Shown: piece after piece, positions 35,401-46,975 of the stretch
Position numbering within the stretch: position 1 is the stretch's first letter
Layout of the letters: each line of letters starts with the position of its first letter
Assembly (NCBI RefSeq): GCF_000281045.1
Contig: NW_008246068.1
Span: 1,765,765 to 1,813,439 of the forward strand
DNA length: 47,675 nucleotides
Origin: Saprolegnia diclina VS20
Taxonomy: Eukaryota
Direction of reading: 5' to 3'
Translations under genes and position numbers: made by a program
The notes under the pieces: generated by a model
Database searches by the model: none
Told to the model about the DNA's origin: nothing
The model's input: only the letters and a program-made list of their open reading frames with translations

Positions 35401-38400
35401 ACCTCCTCGCCAACCCCCTCACGCACGACATTGTCATGCGCAAAGACGTGGTGACACCCCTTTGTCGCCTCGTGGCCGACGCCGCCGCGCCCGAGCCGCA
35501 GCGCTACGCGGTGCTAGCACTCGGCAGCATCCTCGGCAACAGCAGCTACCATGACAAGTGCCTCGAGGCCGGCATCTTGGTGCCTCTCGTGCAGGCGCTG
35601 AGCCACCTGCGCGCGCTCGAGACGCGCTTCTACGCGACGTTTGCTCTCGGGAAGCTCGCGATGAACGCGACGCACCAGCGCCCTATCGCGCGAACCGACC
35701 CGGCAGTCGACGCCACCCTCGCGCTCGTGACGCAAGGCGAGAGCATCCACGCTCAGTGCCAAGCCGTGTCGGTGCTGCGACGCTTGGCCGTCGACGACGT
35801 CATTCGCGCCGAGTCCATGTCGATCGCGCGAACACCAAGCCTACTTCCCGCGCTGGTCGTCGCCGCCAGTGCCGCGTTTCACGCCGCCTACATTGAATTG
35901 GACCGCGAGCTCGCGGCGCTGGCGTGCAACTGGACGCTGAGCGACGCGCACAAGCTGCCGACAGCGACGTCGCCGCTGCTCTCGCACCTCTTTCGCCTCA
36001 GCGCCTCGAGCGACATTGAGGTCGCGCGAAACGCGTGCGGCGCCCTCGCCAACATGGCCGAAGAGACGGAAACGCACGTGAGCATGCTGGAGCTCCACGC
36101 GATGCCCAACTGCGTCCGGCTCCTCCGCAGTCGCTACGTGACCGTGTACCGCGAGGGCAGTCGGTTCGCCGCCAACTTGCTCTCTTCATCGGAGGTGCAC
36201 GCGCTTTTTCTGCACGAAGAGGGGCTTCCGGGACTCATCCGCGTCGCCAAGGCCGACGACATCGAGTGCCAATACAACGTCGCGCTGAGTTTGCACAAAC
36301 TGTCGATGCAAACGCAAAACCATGCGAGCATGCTCCAGACCATGTGCCTCCCGTGCCTCTTTCGGCTCCTCGGCGCGCCGGGACTGGCCGTGCAGCGCCA
36401 AGCCGCTGCGGCGCTCAAAGCGCTCTGCGCCAACGTCGAGAACAAGCCGTTCGTTGCCGACAACGGCGGTATCCCCGCCATCATTTCACTTCTGCGGGCG
36501 CAGGACGTCGAGCTGCAGACAATGGCTGCCGGTGCGCTCCGGCATCTCTCGCTGCATTTGCCAGTCAAGACGCAGTTTGTGGCCGAGAGCGGTCTCCCCC
36601 CGCTCTTTGAAGCGTGCAAGATCCCGAATGAAGACTTGCAGCTCCAGTGCGCCGGCGCGCTCGCGAATCTGAGCGAAAATGCCAGAAACCAGACGGTGCT
36701 GGTCGCGCAGGGCGGCTTGGACGCGCTCGTGGTACTGGCGAAAGCGACGCACGCCGGCATCATGCAGCACACGGCGCGCGCGTTCGCCAACGTCGCCTCC
36801 AACCCCGAGAACCAAGTTAACGTCTTCTCGACGGACGAGCTCAAGGCCATGTTCACGCTCGCGGCGTCGACCGAGGAGGCGTGTGGCACGGACGCCGCCC
36901 TCGCCCTCGGCAACATTGCGGTGACGGCCAAGAACCAGCTGCAGATTGCCCACCTGGGAGGGTTTGTGCCTTTGATTGCACTGCTCACGAGTCCGTTCCC
37001 GGCCTGTCGCGAGTACGCGGCGCGGTGCCTCTACCGCCTCAGCGCCCACAAAGAGAACCAGCACCACATTGTTGACGCCGGCGGCCTCGGGCCGCTCATC
37101 GCGCTCGTGTCGGATGCCGCGTTCGTCGAGTGCCAGCGCAACGCGGCCATGGCGCTGTGTAACCTCGCGAGCTGCCACGAGAACGAGCTCCCGATCGTCA
37201 AGGCGCACGGCCTCCCGCCGCTCATCAAGCTGCTCGAGTCGCCGAACGCCGAGTGCACGCGGTACGCCGCCATGACGCTCTGCAACCTCGCGGGCAACAC
37301 GGCCAACCAAGTCCACATCGTCAAGGCGCACGGCCTCAAGCCACTGATTCGCGTCGCGTCAGACACCAACGCCGAGAGCGCACGCTACGCGTGCATGGCG
37401 ATCGCGAATGTGTCGACGCACCGCCAGAACCGGCTCGTGGTCGTCGACGAAGGCGCGCTGCGGCCGCTCGTGTCGCTTGCGACCTCGGACGTGCTCGAGT
37501 GCCAGCGCAGCGCGACGCTCGCCATCTACAACGTGTCGTGCGCCGCCGTCAACCAAGTGCGCATCGTCGAACAGAACGTGCACGTGCACTTGATCAAACT
37601 CGCAACGTCCTCGGACACGGACTGCAAGCTGTACGCGATCATGGCGCTCTGCAACCTCACGGCCAACGCCGAGACGCGGATTCCTGCGTCGCGCGCCGGC
37701 GGGCTCCAGGCGCTCGTCCTCGGCGCCCGAGACATTGACGGCGCCATCAAGCGCTACGCGTGCATTGCGCTGTGCAACCTCGCGTGCGACCCGCAACTCC
37801 AGATCCAGACCGTCGTGCACGGCGGCTTGGCCGCGATTCTTCTGTTGTGCGACTCGGACGACGCCGACGACCAGCGGTACATCTTCTTTCGTTCGTCTTG
37901 GCTCATTAGTCGGATCTAGGTATGCGATCATGGCGCTGGCCAACTTGGCCGCGAGCGAGACCAACCACCCGACCATGATTGCGCGCGGCGTGCTCAAGGT
38001 CGTGCTGCGCTTGGCGACGGCGCCGCGCGACGACATTCGGCAGTACGCCGCCTTTGCGCTCGCCAACTTTGCCGGCAACGCCGAGCACTGCAACACGATC
38101 GGCGACGAGGGCGGCGTCGCGCCGTTGATTGCGCTCGCGCATTCCGAGGACCCGAACGCCCACACGCTCGCGATCGCGGCGCTTCGGCGACTCTGCCAAG
38201 TGTCGGCCATGAACCGCGGGCGTATCGTGCGCGGCGGTGGCCTCGTACCCCTCGCCATGGCCGGCCACTCGGAGGAGCTCGAGACGCAGCGAGAAGTGGC
38301 CGCGACGCTGTGTAATCTGAGCCTCAGCGACGAGTACAAGATGGAGATTGTGCTCAGCGGCGCGCTGCCGCCGCTCATCACGCTGGGGCAGTCGCCGGAC

Positions 38401-40845
38401 GTCGAAGTCGCGCGCCAGGCATGCGGTGCGATCGCCAACCTTGCCGAGAAGATTGAGACGCACGCGACGTTTGCTGCCGCGCACGGCGGGCGGTTCCTCA
38501 TCGGCCTCATGCGCCACAAGAGCATCGACATCCACCGCGAGGCCTCGCGCGCCATGGCCAACCTCCTCACCTCCTTTGGCCACCACGGCGACATGATCGC
38601 CGAGGGCCTCCCGGGCTTGATCCACCTCGCGCTCAGCGTCGACACCGAGTGCCAGTACAACGCAGCGCTGGCGTTGCGGAAGCTCGCGCCCAACACTGCG
38701 AGCCACCGAGGGATTGTGTGCGAAGGCGGGCTCAAGTCGCTTCTCTTCCTGCTCGAGTCCAAAGAAACCAACATTCGCAAGCACGCGGTCGTCGCCCTTC
38801 GGGACATTGCCTCCAACGCTACGTACCAAGTGCGCTTTTACGAAGAGGGCGGCGTGGGTGCGCTCGTCACGTTCGTGCGGGACGTCGAGCCCAACTTGCA
38901 GTGCCCGGCGCTCGCGGCGCTGCGCCACCTTTCCTGCGCCACCGAGCTCAAGAAGCCCATTGTTCAGGCAGGCATTTTGCGCCCGCTGCTCAAATGCATC
39001 AACCCAAGCGGTCACCACGTCGACTTGCTCTGCCAGTGCGCGGGCTTGCTCGCGAATCTCAGCGAGCACCTCGAGAACCAGCTCACGATGGTCGAGGAAG
39101 GCGCGACGACCGGTCTCGTCGCCCTCGGGCATATCGACCACGACGAGATCCAGCAAGACGTCGCGCGCGCGCTCGCCAACTTGTCGGCCAACGAAGACAA
39201 CCACAGCACGATTTACAAGCAGGGCGGGCTCAAGTGCCTCATTGGGCTCACGAGAAGCAAGGAGGAGGTGTGCCAGCGCTACGCGGCCATGGGGCTCCGC
39301 TTCCTCGCGTCCAACCCGACGATCCGCGTGCACATTGTGCAAGAGAATTTGCTGCCGCCCTTCTTGGCCCTGGCGCAGTCGCCAGTCCTCGACTACCAGC
39401 GCACAGCCGCGTCGGCCTTTTGCTCGTTTTCGCTCAACGAAGAAAACAAGATGAAGCTCGTGCGCGACGGCGGCCTCACCCAGATCCTGAAATGCATGCG
39501 GTACGAAGACCTCGAAGTGACGCGCGACTGCACGTTCGCGCTCGCAAACCTCGCCGACTCGTGGGAGTACCAGATGGACATTGTGCGGGAAGGCGGCATC
39601 GCCACTCTCGTCCACGTCGGCGCCCACGACGACGCGCGCGTTCAGCGGGACACGGCGCGGGCCCTCGCGTCGCTCTCGGTCACCGCAGCGCTCAAGCCCG
39701 AGCTCATGACGGCGCTGCCGACGCTTTTCAAGCTCGCGCGGTCCTTGGACGTGAGCAGTCAGCGCTACTCGACGCTCGCGATTTGCAACCTTGCGTCCGG
39801 CCCCGACAAGGTCGCGATCGTCGAAGCCGGCGCGGTGCGACCACTCTTGCACCTCGTGCGCTTTCCGGACCACGAGATCCAGCGGTACGCGGCACTCGCG
39901 CTCGCCGGCCTCGCCCTCGGGGACCACGGCCACAACAAGCTGCGCATGGTGCAGGACGGCGCAGTCCGGCCGCTCGTCGAGATGCTGCGGTACCCGAGCG
40001 TCGAGATACAAAAGTGCGGCTGCTTGGCGCTGAACGCACTCACGCTCGGAAAGCACGCGGCGACGAAGCTCGCCGTGCTCCAAGAAGACGGGCTTCTGCC
40101 GCTATTGGCGCTCTTGAGTGCGTCCGACATGGAGTGCGTGCGCATCGCGCTCTACTGCGTCGGGTCCATCGCAGAGCATATCGATGTGCTCACGAAACTG
40201 CTCGAGCTCGGCGCATTGGCGCACATTGTGCACCAGAGCCGCCAGCCGGACCTCGAGGTGAAGCGCAACTGCGGGTACATTTTGGCGCTCGCGGTCGAGC
40301 ACCACGAGTTCCACGACGACTTTGTGCGCGAGGGCGGCATGCAGATCGTGGTGCACCTCGCGTCAATCGAGGACATCGAGTGTCAAGAGTACGCGACGTT
40401 TGCGCTCGCCCACCTCGCCTCCAACCGCGAGTACCAGGTGAAGCTTGTGGGCATGGGCGCGCTGCGGCCGCTGATCGCGATCATGTCGGTCAACGCCGAG
40501 CCGCGCCATTACGCGGGCCTCGCCTTGCTCAAGCTCGCCGACAACTACGAAAACCACATCAAGATCGCCGAAGAAGGCGGGATCCAAGCGCTCTTGCGCA
40601 TCGCGCGCGCCCGCTCGACCGACGAAGAGCTGCAGTACAAGGCGTCCATGAGCCTCGGCCAGCTGGCGGCCAACGCGACCAAGGTCATGCCCAAAGGACG
40701 GCACAGCAACGATGGCGTTGGCGCAGGCGCGTCGCGCATGGCAGCCACGACCGAGCAGCTGCAAGCTCGCAAAGCGCGCGAAACCACCACCGAGTACATT
40801 GAAAAAAAGATTCGCTCCCAGACCCAAGGAGATACCAACGAATGA
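29488..40845 (+). CDS. Giant armadillo-repeat protein (Vac8-like repeats), ~3708 aa, 6 exons
   Basis: Introns at 30026-30069, 31575-31625, 31924-31967, 35051-35099 and 37877-37919 join ORFs 29488, 29688, 31650, 31985, 35118 and 37735 into 11127 nt. Continuous ~41-aa repeats of the form GGLxPLIxLxxSxDxEVQRxAAxALxNL. Confidence 0.92.
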
Positions 40846-41063
40846 GCATTGATATCCTACGAATATATGTACGATTTGTGTCCTATGAGCCAATGCAAAG
40901 AGCGCTCCAAGCGTGCGTTGGACAGTGCCTCCACCATGCGTGCTGACTGCAGCTATTTATTAGGCGGCGACCGTCGCGTACAACAGGTGACGCGCGCCGT
41001 CGCAAGGACAGTGTGGGTGTCTTTGTCTCGGCCACGCATGCGCTGCTAAAGGTTGTCGTTTCC

Positions 41064-42570
41064 ACGAGCTTTCCAATACGCGGTTCGAGCGTAGAGCTGC
41101 CGTATTCGCTTAATACGACTGAGCACTTTTCAAAGCACCTCGCCTCACATTGCTGCACGCACAACCGCGCCTATAGTTGAAGGCACGGGCAATGCCTGGT
41201 ATCGAGGAGCTCTTTCCCTGCGCGCTCGCGACAGTGGCAATTTGACAAAGAGAGCCATTTCCACATGAGCCCGCGGCCCGAGGCCTGCGCACGGCTTGCC
41301 ACGTACGTGCTGGCGGCGCACGATGGCCCACAAAAACTTAAAATGGGGCAAGAACACTGGTGATTGGCTAGGATATAGTGTGTAATTTTAGCGGGTATTT
41401 TTCAAGAAAATACTATAGTAGCTTTTTTATCTGGTACTAGTATGGTGCTGTATTTTTCTACACTGAAATACTGTACGGCGCATCAGGCCTCATTATGCTG
41501 CTCATTACGGGGCATATCGCAGGCGCGATGCCTGCCTCGGTCACATGCAACACGCTCTCCAGCATCAACAAAACAAGATGGCGTCCTCAGCTTCCGCGAT
41601 TTCAACCTATTTTCAATCGAAATATCGTGCCGCATTTTGGGAAAACGGACGCTCGGCAGTTTGAGTTTGGTGTGAGCGCCCAAGCAACAACGCGGCCCAG
41701 TAAACTGGTCGCACATCGGGTCAAGATCATAGCCAACTGTGGCAGTCGGAATCGGGGCTCTTGGAGCTTTCAAACCCTGCGATGTCATGTTGAGTAATTG
41801 AGCAATTGTGCCACCACCTCGAAAAATGAAAAATGGATTTACACGTGATGACGCCACGTTCAGCGTCGGAAACGACATGTACACCGTTCAGTGAGTGTGT
41901 AGAGAGGCCTACATATCTGCTACGCGGGGTTGGCGAGTCTGTGGGTTGCGATTCGTCATTGTGGGAACGCACACTATATAAGACGTAGTCTTGTGATTGG
42001 CTATAAAGAATTTAAAATTGAGCCAATAGAAACCATGTCAGTCGAGCTTCAAATCGACTTGGACACAGCCCGCAATGCTACCGGGTAGCACGACATTCGG
42101 AAGATTGCTTCAGTGACAATGAGCAATGGTCACAACTGTGAAGTATGGACCCGCTCATTGCCGAGCTCACGGACAAGGCTTGCGTCGACGACGGGCGGCG
42201 TCCAGGAGGCCAGCCTTGGCGCGTTGGTTACGCTTCTCACCCGCGTCGGCGCCAAGGTCTCGGCGTTGACAGTGCGCGCAGTGGAAGACGCCCTTCGCGC
42301 CTCCTCATCACGGACGACGACCTCCGGCGTATGCGCGCGGGCAACGGCCTCGCCCCCGTGCACTCGCTCTGCAGCGCATAGCATGGTGTCAGGATGGTCC
42401 AGGAGCTCGTGCAGCCGTCGACGGAGCTCTGGACGCTTCGCAACTCGGTAGCGCTGGTAGCATCGGGCTTGCTCCGCCTCTCGCCGGTGCCGACGTGGGT
42501 TGCCACCACGCTTGCGGCGCCTGTCGTCCCGACGCTCGTGGTGCTCGCTTGCGATGAGAACTCGCTCGTC
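41064..42570. repeat. Copy 1 of a 1507-bp near-identical direct duplication; ends at an N gap
   Basis: Matches 44691-46197 at offset 3627. I saw about four substitutions by eye (near 41303, 41647, 41778 and 41821). Confidence 0.93.
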
Positions 42571-42670
42571 NNNNNNNNNNNNNNNNNNNNNNNNNNNNNN
42601 NNNNNNNNNNNNNNNNNNNNNNNNNNNNNNNNNNNNNNNNNNNNNNNNNNNNNNNNNNNNNNNNNNNNNN

Positions 42671-42823
42671 AATACGACTGAGCACTTTTCAAAGCACCTC
42701 GCCTCACATTGCTGCACACACAACCGCGCCTATAGTTGAAGGTACGGGCAATGCCTGGTATCGAGGAGCTCTTTCCCTGCGCGCTCGCGACAGTGGCAAT
42801 TTGACCATGAGAGCCATTTCCAC
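42671..42823. repeat. Short third copy of the start of the duplicated segment
   Basis: Matches 41112-41264 with a few substitutions, then diverges abruptly after gagccatttccac. Confidence 0.88.
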
Positions 42824-44690
42824 TAAAAATATGCATTTTCATCACCCAGCTATTACGCGCGTCCATCTCGCTCTCCTTTTATGCAGGTCGAGTTCCCAGC
42901 GACTCGTAGCACGAAATTCATTCGAGGCAGCCCTTTTCCATGTCGAGGCAGAGACGGCCTCGACTAACTTTGCCGAGGTCATGCAAGCGACCACTGGCTA
43001 AGGCGCGGAGGCCAATTTCAAAAATGCGGACTCGTACGACTGTTGCGACGATGATAACTCGGCGTCAAAGGTGCTTACGCATCTAACGGAAGACTGACCC
43101 ATTGCGTTGGATGCAGAACATCACTGTGTCTCTTCTCGCCTCCCAGTTGCATGTGCCTGGTGACTCATGGCCACTTTGCCAAAACCAGAGTTTGCCAAAT
43201 CATACAGTGTAATTTAGCTTCAATACAGCGCCTTGACATGCATGTGGATTGCGGTGCGGCGCCGTGGCGTAGATCACATGCACAGCGGCCCACGGCGGCC
43301 GTCAGTGAGAGATGCTCGGCTCGCGCGAGAGAATTGCCGGAGCTTTCCAGCAACGTGGACCAACACCTCATGCAATATGCCTACGCTGCTCCTTGGCGAG
43401 ATAAAACGGCATGATACGCTGCATACACATGTAACTAATGGTGGAAAGCCAAAAATGTACAACTCGATCCCATCACGAAGACATGGTTTATTGATCATGA
43501 CAACAAGTGTTCGGCAAAGTGGTAAGTTGGACCTCGTTCGAGCACCGACATGGGAGAATACTAGTATCATCTCTGCATTAGCGTGAGCTTAAGCAGTCGA
43601 TCATATCCCGTTGGCAAGTGGTAATCGGGGAGCGATCCAACCGCCACAGCGAGCATGTGATCGACAATGCTTTCAAGACCGAGCGCTCCCAACACGTCAT
43701 GCCAAACTCGCTACGTCGATATGTAGCAGGATGCTAGCAATAAACAGTGACTTGGTGCCCTCATTTTTATAGTCATTGTGCGTCGCACTGTAGATTAAAG
43801 TTGCTATAGTGAATTGCATAGGAGTGATTCGGCTTGGCGAGTTGTTCACGTCAATGGACGTAATTGTACTCTATCGTTTGAAATGCACTGAAGCTTGAAT
43901 TAATTCCTCCACGATATTTTGTCTGTGCAACATCTTAAGCTTCCTAGGTAGTCCTCCGTATCTCGAATATTTTACTACCCACCTGCTACTCTACAATTAT
44001 ATCTTGCAACAAGATGCTACACTGACTGTAGTCCCACTCGTAACTCGTATACCAATACTATATACAACAAACGTGGTCTACAGCAAAAGGAGTCAAGTAA
44101 AGAATGAACTAATATACACGCAAGAGATGCATTAGAAGAGTAAAATATCCCATGATCTCTCGATGTGCGTAATACGATAAGTAGTGGCCGAACTAATGAT
44201 GAATCGCCCGGAGAAAAATAGAAATACACCGCAGCGTCAATGCATGGGAAGAAACACACATAGGTTTCGATTGGGCGTCTTATCAACATAGAATAACGGG
44301 TCCTTGAACTCCTCCAAACACAAGGTCCATTTTCTTGGATAATGACAAAATTGTCGACGCTGTGGCGCTATGTCTAATAATTGCATCAGAGACGACACAA
44401 AGGAAGTTGATACGAGTGGTGGGAGTCAAGACGTTGGCCCCGATCGGCGGCGAAGCTGCCGATCATCAGTCCCGCGAGCGAAGCGAGCGGAAAATTTTGG
44501 AGGTGTTTAAATTTAAGTGTGGGTGTGGGAGGAGTTGTGTGATAAGAATGGTAATAAATGATATTAAAATTAGTGTTTGGAGGTGTTTAANNNNNNNNNN
44601 NNNNNNNNNNNNNNNNNNNNNNNNNNNNNNNNNNNNNNNNNNNNNNNNNNNNNNNNNNNNNNNNNNNNNNNNNNNNNNNNNNNNNNNNNN

Positions 44691-46197
44691 ACGAGCTTTC
44701 CAATACGCGGTTCGAGCGTAGAGCTGCCGTATTCGCTTAATACGACTGAGCACTTTTCAAAGCACCTCGCCTCACATTGCTGCACGCACAACCGCGCCTA
44801 TAGTTGAAGGCACGGGCAATGCCTGGTATCGAGGAGCTCTTTCCCTGCGCGCTCGCGACAGTGGCAATTTGACAAAGAGAGCCATTTCCACATGAGCCCG
44901 CGGCCCGAGGCCTGCGCACGGCTTGCCACATACGTGCTGGCGGCGCACGATGGCCCACAAAAACTTAAAATGGGGCAAGAACACTGGTGATTGGCTAGGA
45001 TATAGTGTGTAATTTTAGCGGGTATTTTTCAAGAAAATACTATAGTAGCTTTTTTATCTGGTACTAGTATGGTGCTGTATTTTTCTACACTGAAATACTG
45101 TACGGCGCATCAGGCCTCATTATGCTGCTCATTACGGGGCATATCGCAGGCGCGATGCCTGCCTCGGTCACATGCAACACGCTCTCCAGCATCAACAAAA
45201 CAAGATGGCGTCCTCAGCTTCCGCGATTTCAACCTATTTTCAATCGAAATATCGTGCCGCATTTTGGGAAAACCGACGCTCGGCAGTTTGAGTTTGGTGT
45301 GAGCGCCCAAGCAACAACGCGGCCCAGTAAACTGGTCGCACATCGGGTCAAGATCATAGCCAACTGTGGCAGTCGGAATCGGGGCTCTTGGAGCTTTCAA
45401 ACCCCGCGATGTCATGTTGAGTAATTGAGCAATTGTGCCACCACCTCAAAAAATGAAAAATGGATTTACACGTGATGACGCCACGTTCAGCGTCGGAAAC
45501 GACATGTACACCGTTCAGTGAGTGTGTAGAGAGGCCTACATATCTGCTACGCGGGGTTGGCGAGTCTGTGGGTTGCGATTCGTCATTGTGGGAACGCACA
45601 CTATATAAGACGTAGTCTTGTGATTGGCTATAAAGAATTTAAAATTGAGCCAATAGAAACCATGTCAGTCGAGCTTCAAATCGACTTGGACACAGCCCGC
45701 AATGCTACCGGGTAGCACGACATTCGGAAGATTGCTTCAGTGACAATGAGCAATGGTCACAACTGTGAAGTATGGACCCGCTCATTGCCGAGCTCACGGA
45801 CAAGGCTTGCGTCGACGACGGGCGGCGTCCAGGAGGCCAGCCTTGGCGCGTTGGTTACGCTTCTCACCCGCGTCGGCGCCAAGGTCTCGGCGTTGACAGT
45901 GCGCGCAGTGGAAGACGCCCTTCGCGCCTCCTCATCACGGACGACGACCTCCGGCGTATGCGCGCGGGCAACGGCCTCGCCCCCGTGCACTCGCTCTGCA
46001 GCGCATAGCATGGTGTCAGGATGGTCCAGGAGCTCGTGCAGCCGTCGACGGAGCTCTGGACGCTTCGCAACTCGGTAGCGCTGGTAGCATCGGGCTTGCT
46101 CCGCCTCTCGCCGGTGCCGACGTGGGTTGCCACCACGCTTGCGGCGCCTGTCGTCCCGACGCTCGTGGTGCTCGCTTGCGATGAGAACTCGCTCGTC
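44691..46197. repeat. Copy 2 of the 1507-bp duplication; starts at an N gap
   Basis: Near-identical to 41064-42570. Confidence 0.93.
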
Positions 46198-46370
46198 AAG
46201 TTGGCCTCGCGGTCAAGGTCGACGCGGCGCTCGTTGTGGGCCTCACGGACGCCACCAACAAGGTCGTCAACCGCACAGCGATGGAGCCAGGCAAGCTCCT
46301 CGTCGAGAACGGCCGCCGCGTTTCCTCGAAGCTCGAGCTCAAGCCCAACGTAGACGACAGACGAAGGCGC
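45772..46370 (+). pseudogene. Frameshifted HEAT-repeat fragment resembling the GCN1 C-terminus; partial second copy at 42145-42570
   Basis: Stitching frames gives DPLIAELTD/RLASTTGGVQEASLGALVTLLTRVGAKVS...ALR/LLITDDDLRRMRAGNGL.../WTLRNSVALVASGLL.../ALVVGLTDATNKVVNR...LLVENGRRVSSKL. From memory this resembles GCN1 (DPLxxEL...GVRxxxLxAL...AGAKV...LxxDEDxxR...WxxRHG...RRxLxKL). Multiple frameshifts and a stop. Confidence 0.5.
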
Positions 46371-46894
46371 CAAGTAGTAAGCCTATAAACGCTCTTCGAT
46401 AAACATGTCCAATAGCGCTCGTATACTCTTAAGTGGCGACGACAAGAGAGCTTCTGATGCGCTCCCTTCCTTGAAAATGGCGTGTGCCATGTATAAGTTC
46501 CTCATGATGCCGCAAATAGTGCAATTCGGCATCACTTTGGAAACGAGTTTCGAGCACTGTAGGCCGTGCACGACGGTGCAGCTTGGTGCTCCGTGCTATA
46601 CAAAAGCAAACTTAATCACTCTACCACGGATGAGTCATTTTGTATTTTGACTGACGTTGGCCATCAAATCGCAATCGGGAACGCACCGCGACAGCTTGCG
46701 TGTTATTAGCCACATTATCCGGATATCCGGTGCAGCATCCGCGAGCTTAGGCCGCCGGTCGACCGCTTTGCGTTCGAAAACGAAATGTCCAAGACTTGGC
46801 ACAGTAGTAGAGGACGCTGTGGAGAGTACGGAAAGCGAGGGCGCGCTGACATACGAGGCGTATAGCAGTCGCGAAACGCGATCCAAGATGCGCG

Positions 46895-46975
46895 CCAAAC
46901 TAAGATCGTAGCGCCATCTGAGAGGCACAACGCACTCCAAACTAAGATCGTAGTGCCATCTTAGCGGCATCACGC
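46895..46975. repeat. Imperfect 42-bp tandem duplication, two copies
   Basis: ccaaactaagatcgtagcgccatctgagaggcac at 46895 and ccaaactaagatcgtagtgccatcttagcggcat at 46937. Confidence 0.85.

Noticed and set aside
30017..40802. Long alternative-frame and antisense ORFs (e.g. 37906..40083 -, 38649..40802 +, 30066..31595 -, 32003..33496 -)
   Set aside because: Shadow ORFs of a GC-rich, codon-biased gene. They are Arg/Ala-rich with no motifs, while the ARM frame is continuous.
42824..44470. Possible transposase or retroelement remnant in the AT-richer insert
   Set aside because: No DDE, RT or integrase motifs, terminal repeats or target-site duplications could be identified by eye.
44489..44590. 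Telomeric repeat
   Set aside because: G/T-rich but no TTTAGGG or TTAGGG tandem units.
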